NCBI GenBank assembly: GCA_047495785.1
Contig: JBLDXI010000007.1
Span: 4,464,001 to 4,528,000 of the forward strand
Direction of reading: 5' to 3'
DNA: 64,000 bases
Source: Lepidodermella squamata
Taxonomy: Eukaryota; Animalia; Gastrotricha
The position numbers and the translations under genes were made by a program. This document shows positions 37,184-47,900 of this stretch, in pieces. Within the stretch, counting starts at the first letter, position 1. Each line of letters starts with the position of its first letter. The notes under the pieces were generated by a model, which worked only from the letters and a program-made list of their open reading frames with translations, did no database searches and was not told the DNA's origin.

Positions 37184-39090
37184 ATGAAGATGAACCTGAT
37201 GAGAAAGTCGAGTATGCTCAGCTATCTGCAAATCGCAGCGTCGCGGCGACCGTCTAGCACGCAGAAGGCGATGCGCTGCTCGGCTGTCATGCGCAACCCG
37301 CTCGCCCGCATACCGTCCATCGTCGAGCCGCGCCAGCCCGGTGAGACGTGCCCGCTCATGATCACTCACGTCTTCTGCCCAACTGGCCGGCTTGGCCGCG
37401 CATAACCGGCTCGAAAATGTACAAAGGCTACTCAATCCTCACGCTGGCGATCACGTGGCTGAATGTCTTGAGGGTGGGCGAGACCCTACTGCACCCGGCG
37501 GTGTTGAGCCCAGAACTGGCGCAGCGGCGGAGTGTTTGGCTGACGCACTACTTGATCCGGGTCTGCATCACGCTGTTCTGGATCACGGCCGCTGTAGCTA
37601 GAACTGTCGTTGTTGATGCTTCGTGGACTCGCAAGGCATTTCTAGCCATATTTCAAGACTATAACAAGGTTAGCAATCAGCGTTTTCTTTATCCAAATAT
37701 ATTAGTAGCCCACCGAACGAAAATGAGAACCTTTCTAGCTTTTATATTTTAATTCATCCCTCTCGAAAACTTTTAGTAAACCTACAGAAAATATCTTCAG
37801 GTTTCGAGCCCTCTTCAATTAATTGAGACCGTATATTAAATATTAAACCTCGAACAATGGTGCAGTTATTCACAATCGAAAAACCATCAAGACACATCGT
37901 AAACAGCATTTTGCTTTTCTTCCGGAACATGCGCAGCTTTTCGCTTTTCCTTATTATGAAAAAATTACAGCTCGAGTTTGATTGATTTATCGATATCACC
38001 TTTCCGCTGATTTTACCTTGATTGAACTTGATGGCTAACTTTTCCTTGCTAACCATCGGATTTTAACCTTTTTAACCTTTTTTTCATCAGGTGCCACTTG
38101 AAGAGCGGCTGCGGCATCAGAGAAAGTTGTTCAACATGGCTTTCACTTGCGCTGTGTTCTGTTGGCTTTTCCACCACTACCTCTGCTGCGTTTCTTTCCT
38201 GAAAGCGCCAACCATGTACCTGTTCATGGCGAGCCCAGTCGAGTCCATCTACCCGAACAGCACCGACATTCGGCAATGGCCCACGGCTTCGCTCATCTTC
38301 ATAGGCGTTGCGTTTTTCCCCGACACCGGAATTTTCCTATCCATGTGGTTCGTGTTTTCAATCACAGCTGTGCTGGCATGGCAGTTTCTAGATCTGGCGA
38401 AATGCATCTCAACCGGGGCGAACAGCCCGAGATTTCATCTCGAAGCCATTCGCCATCGCCATCTCCAGCTGGTAAAACTCGTTCGACGGCTCGATAGACA
38501 ATTGCGGCTGTTCACGTTCCTACTGACCGCCTTTGGCTTCACGACTGCTCTCATCAACATGTACCAGGCCATTTGGAATAAGGATGGCGCCGATGGCGTT
38601 GTGATTTTCATCCGATCAGTCTGGGTTTTTCTCTGCTTCATCTGCTTGCTATCGGCCCCACTGCCATCGGCCTACCTGGCGTACGCTGCTGAGAAGGTGC
38701 GGGAGAAGGTTCATCGCATGCGACTCCATCCAGATGCCGACATCAATTCAGCCATGCAGGTAAGTATTCGTACGATCTGTGATTCATTCATTAATCGAAT
38801 TTAACTTTCAGCTGTCGATGCTACTCAGTCAAGTGACTTCAGAACCGGTGGCTCTAACGCTGCTTGGAACGCTTTACATGAAGCGCGAAACTCTGGCAAC
38901 GGTTAGTTCGTATCGCTTGAAACAATTTTCAACTGATTTTTGGGATCCTTCTTTTTTTTAGCTTTTCGCTGGACTGCTGACATACTTCTTAATCTTGGTG
39001 GATTACATTCTGGGCGACAACAGCCACTTCCACGGGGCATCGCATGATCATGTCGAGGAAACTGCCAACGGAACTACTATAGCCCACTGA
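37184..39090 (+). CDS. Gustatory-receptor-like (7tm_7/GRL) chemosensory channel; 5' end uncertain
   Basis: Several TM helices; IRHRHLQLVKLVRRLD; C-terminal VALTLLGTLYMKRETLAT|LFAGLLTYFLILVDY matches the GR TM7 motif TYhhhhhQF with the typical phase-0 3' introns. Confidence 0.8.
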
Positions 39091-39287
39091 TGTCAAAATA
39101 TAAATTTTAAGCACAATAAAACCGGTTTAATAGATGAATTTACAATAAAGACTTCTCCAATATTTCAACGTTAAATAAAAGAACAAAACAAAAATAGAAT
39201 CTTCATTTCACAAGAGACCGCTGATCGCTGAACGTGCTTTTCAAATTTGCATGAGGCAAGCGCAACATTTGTTGTCGAAAATCATTT

Positions 39288-41532
39288 TTAGCGCAGCTTC
39301 TCGACGCAAAATGCAGTAACTGCAATAAAAGCTAGAATAAACACGCCGAATCCGAGAAAGTCAATAGTGAAAGCGACACTGAATTTCCGGCACGCCAGCC
39401 GCTTCGCAAACTTTTCATGCGTTGTAGTCAGCCAAAGCATGGCAATTGCATGGATCGTCGCGAAGATACACAAGCCTGCCATTGTTTGAACATACGTCAG
39501 CAGTAGATTGCTCTGCGGCGTAACTGGAACGTACGAGTTGACTTGAACCAGGGTGACTGCGAAGGCGAGAACCATGTAGACTTGAAAACACGCTCGATCG
39601 CTGCAAGAAGGCGGTATGAGGAAAGCGAATGCTGAGAGTACCGTCAGCACGTAGCATGGCGCTAAGAGATTCGCAACAAAATAATCCGGGACCCGTTTCA
39701 GAATGATATCGAACGAGGCCAGGGAATGATACTCTGTTGCGAGGGTTTCAAGAGATTTTGCTTGCGATTTCACGCCCAGGATAGACCACTCGCTGTTTTC
39801 CATCGATCGGAGAGTGTCGTTGGGCAGGACGATTTCTGTTTCGCTAATCTTCACCAGGTTCAAGGGCTCGACTATCGCAACATCGAAGGAACACGTCTGC
39901 TTATCCGCTGGGAAGTTCGATAGATCCAGCGGGCAGGAGGCCGAGAAGATGCCTCGAATTTTCCAATAGAAGAACACGTCCAAATGTGGGTTTTCAAGGT
40001 CATTGCCCAACAGGGCAAATAATTCAACGTGGTTGTAGAGAGAATCTGATTTCAGAGCTGGGTCATCCACGGCGTTGGTCAGGCTGATTTTCGGAAGCCA
40101 AATTAAGCTTGGGTCCGGGACGAGAATTCGCTCAGCTTGAACTAGACCGAACTTACGCATGCCGATGAGCATCGGGCAGGATCTCACAACCCACGCAGCG
40201 TAGATTTGCCCCGAAACGTGAATAGTCTGGGCGACACTGTCGATTCCTCGCAGGCGATCGATGCTGAAGCGGAGATTCACACCGAGCGGTTCGCCTTCAA
40301 ACGCTGGCGGGCTACGGATGGTGGGAGAGACGTCTTTGCATTGCCGGATGAGATCGGCGATCGATATGTTGGCGAAGGGCGCGACATAGCTCGCATCTTG
40401 TGGCGGCCTACGTAGCAGACGCTTCTCTGCGAATGAAGAATTATACATAAAAAAGTGGGAATTGATGCAAGTAGATAGGCTTCATACACTCACCGAGGTC
40501 AAGATGAGCCTGCATGTTCAAAGCAGTTATTGTTTTTTCTGGAGTCGTAACATCACCTGTTGATACTGGAGCTGTTGTGCTGCTATAAGGAAAAGCAGTC
40601 GTGGCTTGATTGGTCGTTTCAGTTCGGCGGCTAGTCGGCGTTGTAGTTGGTGGATATCCTCTCGGTGAGCTTTTGGTTGTCACGAGTGTTGTCGCAGATC
40701 CTGTCGTTAAAGTCGTCGCAACTGAAGACTCAGTCGAGGTGACAACTGTTGGAAACGTTGAGGATGCAAAATCGATGAAACAAGACTTCGACAGCGTGTT
40801 AACATCACCTTCCCCCAACGGACTGCCGTATACCATAACACATGAGATGGCGTCATTCCGGCCGAGATTGTAAGACGAGACGGCATCGACCCGAGCTAAA
40901 CCGAGCCTAAAAAGTGTCGGACTATTGCCAGTTGGCAGGTTGACTCCTGCCCCGAAGTTTGCCGGCTTATTCAAATCCGAACCGTAATAATATACCATGT
41001 TATTCGATTTCGGGTTGTAAACAAAAGCCACAACAGACCATATTCCGTAGCTAATCTGTCCAATATTTTTCAGCTGACCCGAAAACACGCTGGCGAAGAG
41101 AGTCCCAGATTCAACATAAGCGCTCAATGGCCACGATGATTCGTTGTTTGCTCCGAGCTGAAAAATGCCGCTCTTATTACGCGTGTCGCCACCCAAGTAT
41201 AAGAGCATGAATATTGTGAAGCCATCAACGACGTTTACAGAGCTTTCTAGAATTCCACCATCAACAGAGTTTGCATCCAAGATGCCTGCACTAGATTCAA
41301 TTGTTCCGCCTCTCAAGTCTGTAACTGATGATCGGCTTAGATAACTCTTCGGCGACGTTACCGACTTGTCCCAGGCGTCATAGTATTCGAATGCTGATGT
41401 CAGAGGCCAGTACCTTTGCAATGCCGTTTTTTGAGGTGGCGGAACCCTCCAAAAAACTTCTGCGAGATCACAGAGCGGGATTAGTATCACGAGAAATAAC
41501 ACTTCACGAATCATCATTTTCATAATGTGCAT
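39288..41532 (-). CDS. Cys-loop pentameric ligand-gated ion channel subunit with N-terminal LamG/pentraxin-like domain and Ser/Thr stalk (two exons)
   Basis: Exon 1: signal peptide, ConA/LamG-like fold (FTIFMLLY, WSVVAFVYN, FRLG, ISCVMVYGSPL) and a Thr-rich stalk. Phase-1 intron 40493-40427 (G|GTGAGT...TTCGCAG|AG). Exon 2: IWLPKISL, Cys-loop CPLDLSNFPADKQTC, ILKRVPDYFVANLLAP and four TM helices. Confidence 0.85.
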
Positions 41533-41974
41533 CGAAGCTCTTTTCAAAGCTATTCCTAGGATTGTTTAATATCCTGCAAGTGTGAGTATTCGTTTCTGAC
41601 GCAAGCCTCTCGGCATCTGACTTCCGGCTGAAGTGCTTTAGTTAACATTCTGATATTGCCGAAACCGTTCGAGGAAGCCAGGCTGATACCATGAATAATC
41701 ATTCTACTTCAGATGAGTGAAACAGTTGTGCGATATCTCGTAAGTACCGTGTGCCATGAATAGATCGTTGACTATCAGGCTGCAGACTGGAAATATCTAT
41801 GCGATCTGGGGCCTCAATACTAACAGGGCATTCATATTTTTCGGCCTCAAGCATAAACTCCGTAAGTATTTATTTTTGCTTGAATAATTAGAGAACGAAA
41901 TTAGACATAATTCAGTGTTTGCAAAGAATCATCCGACTCAATCCAAAACAGGGTAATTGTTTTTTTGCCGAACT

Positions 41975-44900
41975 TTACATGGCGATAATCAACGGGCAGG
42001 CGAGGAGGGCACTTGCAAGCAGCCAAACATGTAACCGCGCCCCAGAGTCGCCGGCTGATTTTGCGTCAGCCTTACAAGACGGAACCGTGCTGTTCCACGT
42101 GCCATCCGACTGGCAGATGATGGTCGCATCGCCTTGAAGGGTGAAACCGGTCTTGCAGCCGAACTCAACTGTCGCATCTAGCAGCAAATCGCCATCGCTT
42201 TTCACCACAAACCCATTATCGGGCGCCTTCACATCGGGGCATGTTATCAAAAGGCACGTCGGAACGGAACTGGTCCACTCGAAAGACACTGGCAAGCACG
42301 TGATCGAGCTGGAGCCGACGAGTTGGTAGCCGCGCAGGCAGCCGAACGTCACGTGGCTGTCCTCGAACGAAGCCGCGGTCGCTGATGCAATGAAGCCATT
42401 CTCAGGCGGGTCCAACGAATCGCAGACCGGCACCGGTTGGGCGAGGACTTCAACCGTTTTGTTAAACGCCTCCTCGACAGCTTTCGTTTGCGCGGCGAAT
42501 TTCGAGTTGCCGCCCGTGCTTTCGTAGTCGAACAGGCACTCGGTCGAAGTGCCACAAAGCGAGACCGCCTCTGCGCTAGCAGCTGGCTGTGATAAAGTTG
42601 GGGCGAACTTGTCGTTTCTGAAGCTGTCATAGGACTTGCCCTGTTCATACGTGAACATCGTTTCCGGCTTTTCCACAATCCACTTCATGCCAAAGTCGTA
42701 GTGAACGCTCGCAAGGTCGTCGCGGGATATCGACAGAATTTCGCCAGTCGGAGTTGCGAAATCGTCCTCCGGCTTGCCATTCAAATTGCCGAGCAGTCCG
42801 CTGATGCTAACCTTCCCTAATAACGATTTATCGGCGGAGGCGGTAATTGCCAGTGCGGAGTCTGAAGCGGAGAATGTGAAAGCGAATCCGGATTTGAAGG
42901 AGACAGCGATCTCTGACAGATCGGCCTTGACAACGCGAACCACGGCCGTCGAATCGTCGAAACGCTGCGTGAACAGCGACGGGTGGCTCAGGTCGATGGA
43001 TTCGCCGTTGACGAGGACAGTCACGAGCTGGAACTGCGACAGCTGCACCTGAACCGAGGTCGAGCCTTGCCGCATGACAAATGCGCTGAACACGGATGCC
43101 GTCGGTGGGCTGATCGGCTCCATGCGTGCCTGCATGGCAAAGTCGGCGCGAGATTGCGGGCGGACCATCCAGAATTCGCCGGCGCCGTTGAATGTGTACG
43201 CGAGGCCGTCGAAGCTGAGCAGGTGCGGGTCGCCACGGGCTGCGGCGCTTCTCGGCGGCTGGTAGCCACTGCAGTCTGACGTTGGGCGTTTGCTGAAGTA
43301 GGGCGCACATGAGCTGGGGACGTTCATGATATCGGATGGGCTGAAAATCTCGGCACGGCAGCAGTAGGCGCGCGGAAGGATGTGATCGTACGCGAACTCG
43401 TACATGAACTTCTTGCCAAAGAATTTCGCGATGTCCCACTCGATGGATCGAACTAAACGGCTTGGGATGTAGGGCGAGCCGCCTGATGTGCCAACGATAA
43501 CGCGACCAGCTGCATCGTAGGTCGAAATCTAACAGACACAGTGAACATCATCAAAAGATCTGAATTACAAACCTGATAAGCCCCGCGCGAGTCTGGGTTG
43601 GTCGATCGGTAAGTGTAAGTGGCGTCATGATACAACTCGCTATACTGCGGCTGTTCCATTGGCATGTAAGCTGGGTCGCTCTGCGCTTGGCTAGCCAGAG
43701 GCGGGCACGGCAGGCGAGACCCTGGTCCGTCAGCAGCGTAGAACCACTCATCGCACTTTTTCTCGGACTCGCGCCTGCTCAACAGCGGCAGCAGGTCGAG
43801 GGCAGTTACGCCCTTGCCGATCCAGTTGCAAGCTGTTTTCGCGACTTCGTAAGCTTGCAAGACCCAACGCGTTGAGCGTTCATTCTCCGCGAACACATCG
43901 TCACGAAGAAGATTTCGCGATCGACAGTTTGCGAACAGTTTCTTGCCCGTTACAATGTCCCAGTACATGCCTACTGGGTCTAAAATGCGGCAAACGTCGT
44001 TGACGCATCGCAGCGATTTCGTGAACCAGTTGCCGGCTCGAGACACGCGCGTGTTGTCCGTCGCGTTCGCTTTTATGAGGGGCGCGGTGATTCTGAAGGT
44101 CAGCAAACCACCGGCCAATTTCGGATCCAGCCCGACGTTGCTCACATTTGCGACGAAATGCCCGGAATTGTTGACGCCGGCGAAAACGTCGTGAATTGTC
44201 CACTCGGCTGTTGTTGTGTCCATCGACATCACCTGGATGTCGACCGTCGCAGAAACATTCGCGAAGGCACCATCGTCCTGTAAGTTGGCCGTGTCTCGAA
44301 TTGTGCTTGGGTCCCATTTCAACTCGTGAACGAAATAAGTGTCTTGAACCGCCAGCGTTTTTGAACTGATCCCAGGAGCTCCCTGAACAACGAGGAGCTG
44401 CGACGAGAATCGCACCTGCTGAACGGCCTGTTCGAACTCAGACTGCGTGGTGCCATTCGCCGTTTCATTCTCGTAGAAAAGTCCGACGAGATCGAAGTTG
44501 ATGCGACCATCTGTGTACAGATACGGAACAGTGCATAAGGCTGTTGGGGTGTCCAGAATCTCAGCGATAGTCGCAATGGACGAAAACGACGAGTTAAGCG
44601 CATCGTCGTGGAACGTGCAGAAGTACAGCCAATCGTCGTTGAAGCACGGACCTTGAATCTGCAGCGTTGACTGGGCCATGGCATCGACGAATGACGGTCT
44701 CACGACGAGTTTCGCCTCAGCCGAGGCATTGCATCTCTCCACGGTGATTTGACTATCGATTCGGTAGATGAACTTGCCGGGCGAGCCGACGTTCGACTTA
44801 TCGTCGATGTTCAGCATCGCCGCGGTGCAGGACAGGTCTTTGACGCCTTCGAACGGTTTGCCACCGGCGACATCAAAGCCGAACTTGGCCGGTGTCGATT

Positions 44901-47900
44901 TGGAACTTGTTGGCAAGCCGCAATAGCTACCACCCAAGCCGCATTGAGGGGTACCTGTCGGGAATTAAATTTTAGTTGATACGATTTACCCTGAAATTGT
45001 TCTAATTTCAAGCCCTTGGATTTTAGATGAAATCAAATTGCTGCATTGAAAAATCTCAATTCAGGGCTACGAAACTAATGAATGACTTGAAGCTGATAGG
45101 TATAATAGTTATCTTTTGATTTTGAAGTGATTTCGAGAATGAATCAAGCTAAATAGATGTCAAAATCAGGGAGATTGAGATGAGTGCATTGTGCATGTGT
45201 TACCTGTTGTCCACGTGACGTTGTTGTAGTAGAAAATCGCGAAAGAAACCGTTCCATCAGTTGCAAGAGTTAGTTGAAAGGTGTTTTTAGGTATGCCAGT
45301 TGAGCAAGACCGGGCTTGGGAGTAAGTGAAGGATGAAACATCCCGCCATGTCGCGACCAACGCCCATCGGATTTTAATTGATCGGAAAGCTGGATAAGCA
45401 GCGGCAATTTCAGAAGCAGCTTTTCGGAAGACGACATCGTTCGGATCCGAGGCGTAAGCGCGGTAGTAAACGCGACCCACCGAACCGCTAGAAGTGTCGA
45501 TGTGCACCCAAAACGGCGTAATCATCGGCACCCCTGCGGGTGAGGAACTGCACGACTGGTGGGAGCCGACGTTCTTTATTTCTTTCTTCATTTATTTCAA
45601 ATCTACATTCTCCCTCATCAGAACTGTCTTGTTTTATTGGATAAACGGTCGCTTGTTAACAGCTTTTGACCGACAACAGTAGCAATATTATGTGATAGAG
45701 CAGCAAATAGTATCAACAGCAGCACATGTTGTGCGTTTCATCTTTTATAAAAAACAAGAAATATATATGACAACGCACACATTGGAGTGGCTTCTAACTG
45801 CCGCATCACGAAGCAGGCAAGAAAGACTTTAAGATCAGGGAGTCTGGAATACAGGGGCGAGTACACAAATTAGTTCGGTCATATCTCTCACAACGTTTTT
45901 CAGAGTGCTTATGTAGCCGGAGCAGCATCAAGCGTTTGGCCAGAAGAGGTTGGTATATGCCAAGGAAGCGTTCTCGGTCCCTCGATGTGGCTGATCTTCT
46001 ACTCAGGCATCAGCAGAGCTGTATCCCACGTGGATCGACCGCTCGGTAAACCACCGATAACCTACACGTTCGCAGATGACTTCAACCTTGGAAGTTCGAA
46101 CAGGGCTGAGGTGGAAGAAGGAGAGGTCAGGGCGATAAACTGGGCGAAAGCGACTCGAGTCTCAATGGACCCAAACAAGCGGATTGACACCACGTTCTCA
46201 TATGCAAGATTACGATGTGGCAGACAAAAGGAACGCGAACAAGTTGAGGTGAACGACCAAGAAGATACTACAACAACACTACTGGGGCTAGTGCTCGACA
46301 AGGGGGTGTCAATGGATAAATGCATCCGCAAAAAAATCGGCCAAGCAACAACAGCAGTCACCCAGCTACTCCGACTGAGACCATATTTATCTCTCGGTCA
46401 GATGGCAAATGCCTTCAAAACCTACGCATTACCGATACTCGAATTCGGAATGGTTGCCTACACCTTTGCAGCGAATCCCAAGCTACTTGAACTTCTGGAC
46501 CAAGTGCAGGAAAGGTTCGTCAAAGCCACGGGAGTGCGGCTGCAACCACTGGGCCAACGTCGATTCGTCAAGGTTATGACCTATATACAAGATAGTGGCT
46601 GCGGGCCGCGGTACCGCTCAAATTCGGTCGAGATTTGTTAAACTGTCCAAGCATAGTTTCAAAACGCCATCAAAAAAGTGGAGTACAGTGCTCCCTCGAT
46701 AAAAGCACTGGGTCGGGAGCCAGACCCGGTCTTTTAACAAGGGAAAGCTATAACGAGGGCTGTATTTGAATGCAGGAGCTAAAAATAGACCGTTTCTACG
46801 TCTTAAGACAGTTGTCATGGCAACGCGCTGAAAGAGACGGACACGGATTACGTGTCATCACAAATTTCGCTCGCTGAAGGCTGTGAAACAATAACACTAT
46901 GAATCATAAGTTCGTCGCAAAGTTTTTTTTTCTGAGTTGCCAGGGCGGCATTGATTTGACTGGTTAGCCTTCTTTTTGTACTCTGATTTTAAGTCCTGCC
47001 TGGGGTTAAGGAACTCAGAATAAAAACAAAACCTGGAATCTCATTATTTCAATTTACTTAAAAATGCCCAGCTCGTCCGATTTCGCAAACAATTTCATTT
47101 GAAATCACAGCTTAAAAAATCAATCACCTTGGTCAAGATTGACCAGAATACTTCTGAATAAATCACCAGCAAATTCAGCCTAAAATTCTCAGAAGTCATG
47201 TTTCGCCTAAAATTCCTAGAATTATTTAAAAATGACTAATTAATATGAAATTTGAAAAAATTAAGATGAATTATGTATTTTCGATAATTCTTTCGTGGTT
47301 AACCTGAATTTTTCTTTTTTAAATTCATGGCATTAATGGCATTGAGCAATTACGGACAAATTTGTAATTTCAAGGCATAAGACGTGTGGTTCCGTCAACA
47401 GGGAACGATTCGATAGGTATTTCGATTGAATGGAATAAATTTGGATCTTCTCAGGCGTGATCTGATTTTCATTCGACTGGCCTCAGAGATCAGAGCAAGG
47501 TAAAAAATCGGGCAGAAGCTCCCGCCGCCCCTCCTCGGGATGTTGCGATTTTCAAAGTCAAAATCGAATGATTAAAAGTTGTGAAAAAACCCGGAAAATT
47601 GCCAAGGCGTTGAGCAATGAAATCGTAGAGTAGTGGCAGCCAGTTTCATGGTGGATCAGGCCTATAGACTATCGAAAGTCGGCTACTAATTACAATGGCT
47701 CAGGACAACTCGAACGATTAAATCGGTTTATTATGAGAATAAATCTATGTATCTATTCAATTAAATCTGAAAACAAGGACTTGATTCTTCGCTTGATTAC
47801 GCAACACAGCTGGGAAATAATTTTGAAAAAAACTGGAAAAAATGCATCATTTAGTGTGGAAAATTCAATAATTTCGATCAGAAAAACCTGGATTTTACTA

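Noticed and set aside
42349-44684. Many overlapping alternative-frame ORFs
   Set aside because: By-products of the GC-rich codon usage of the SUSD2-like gene.
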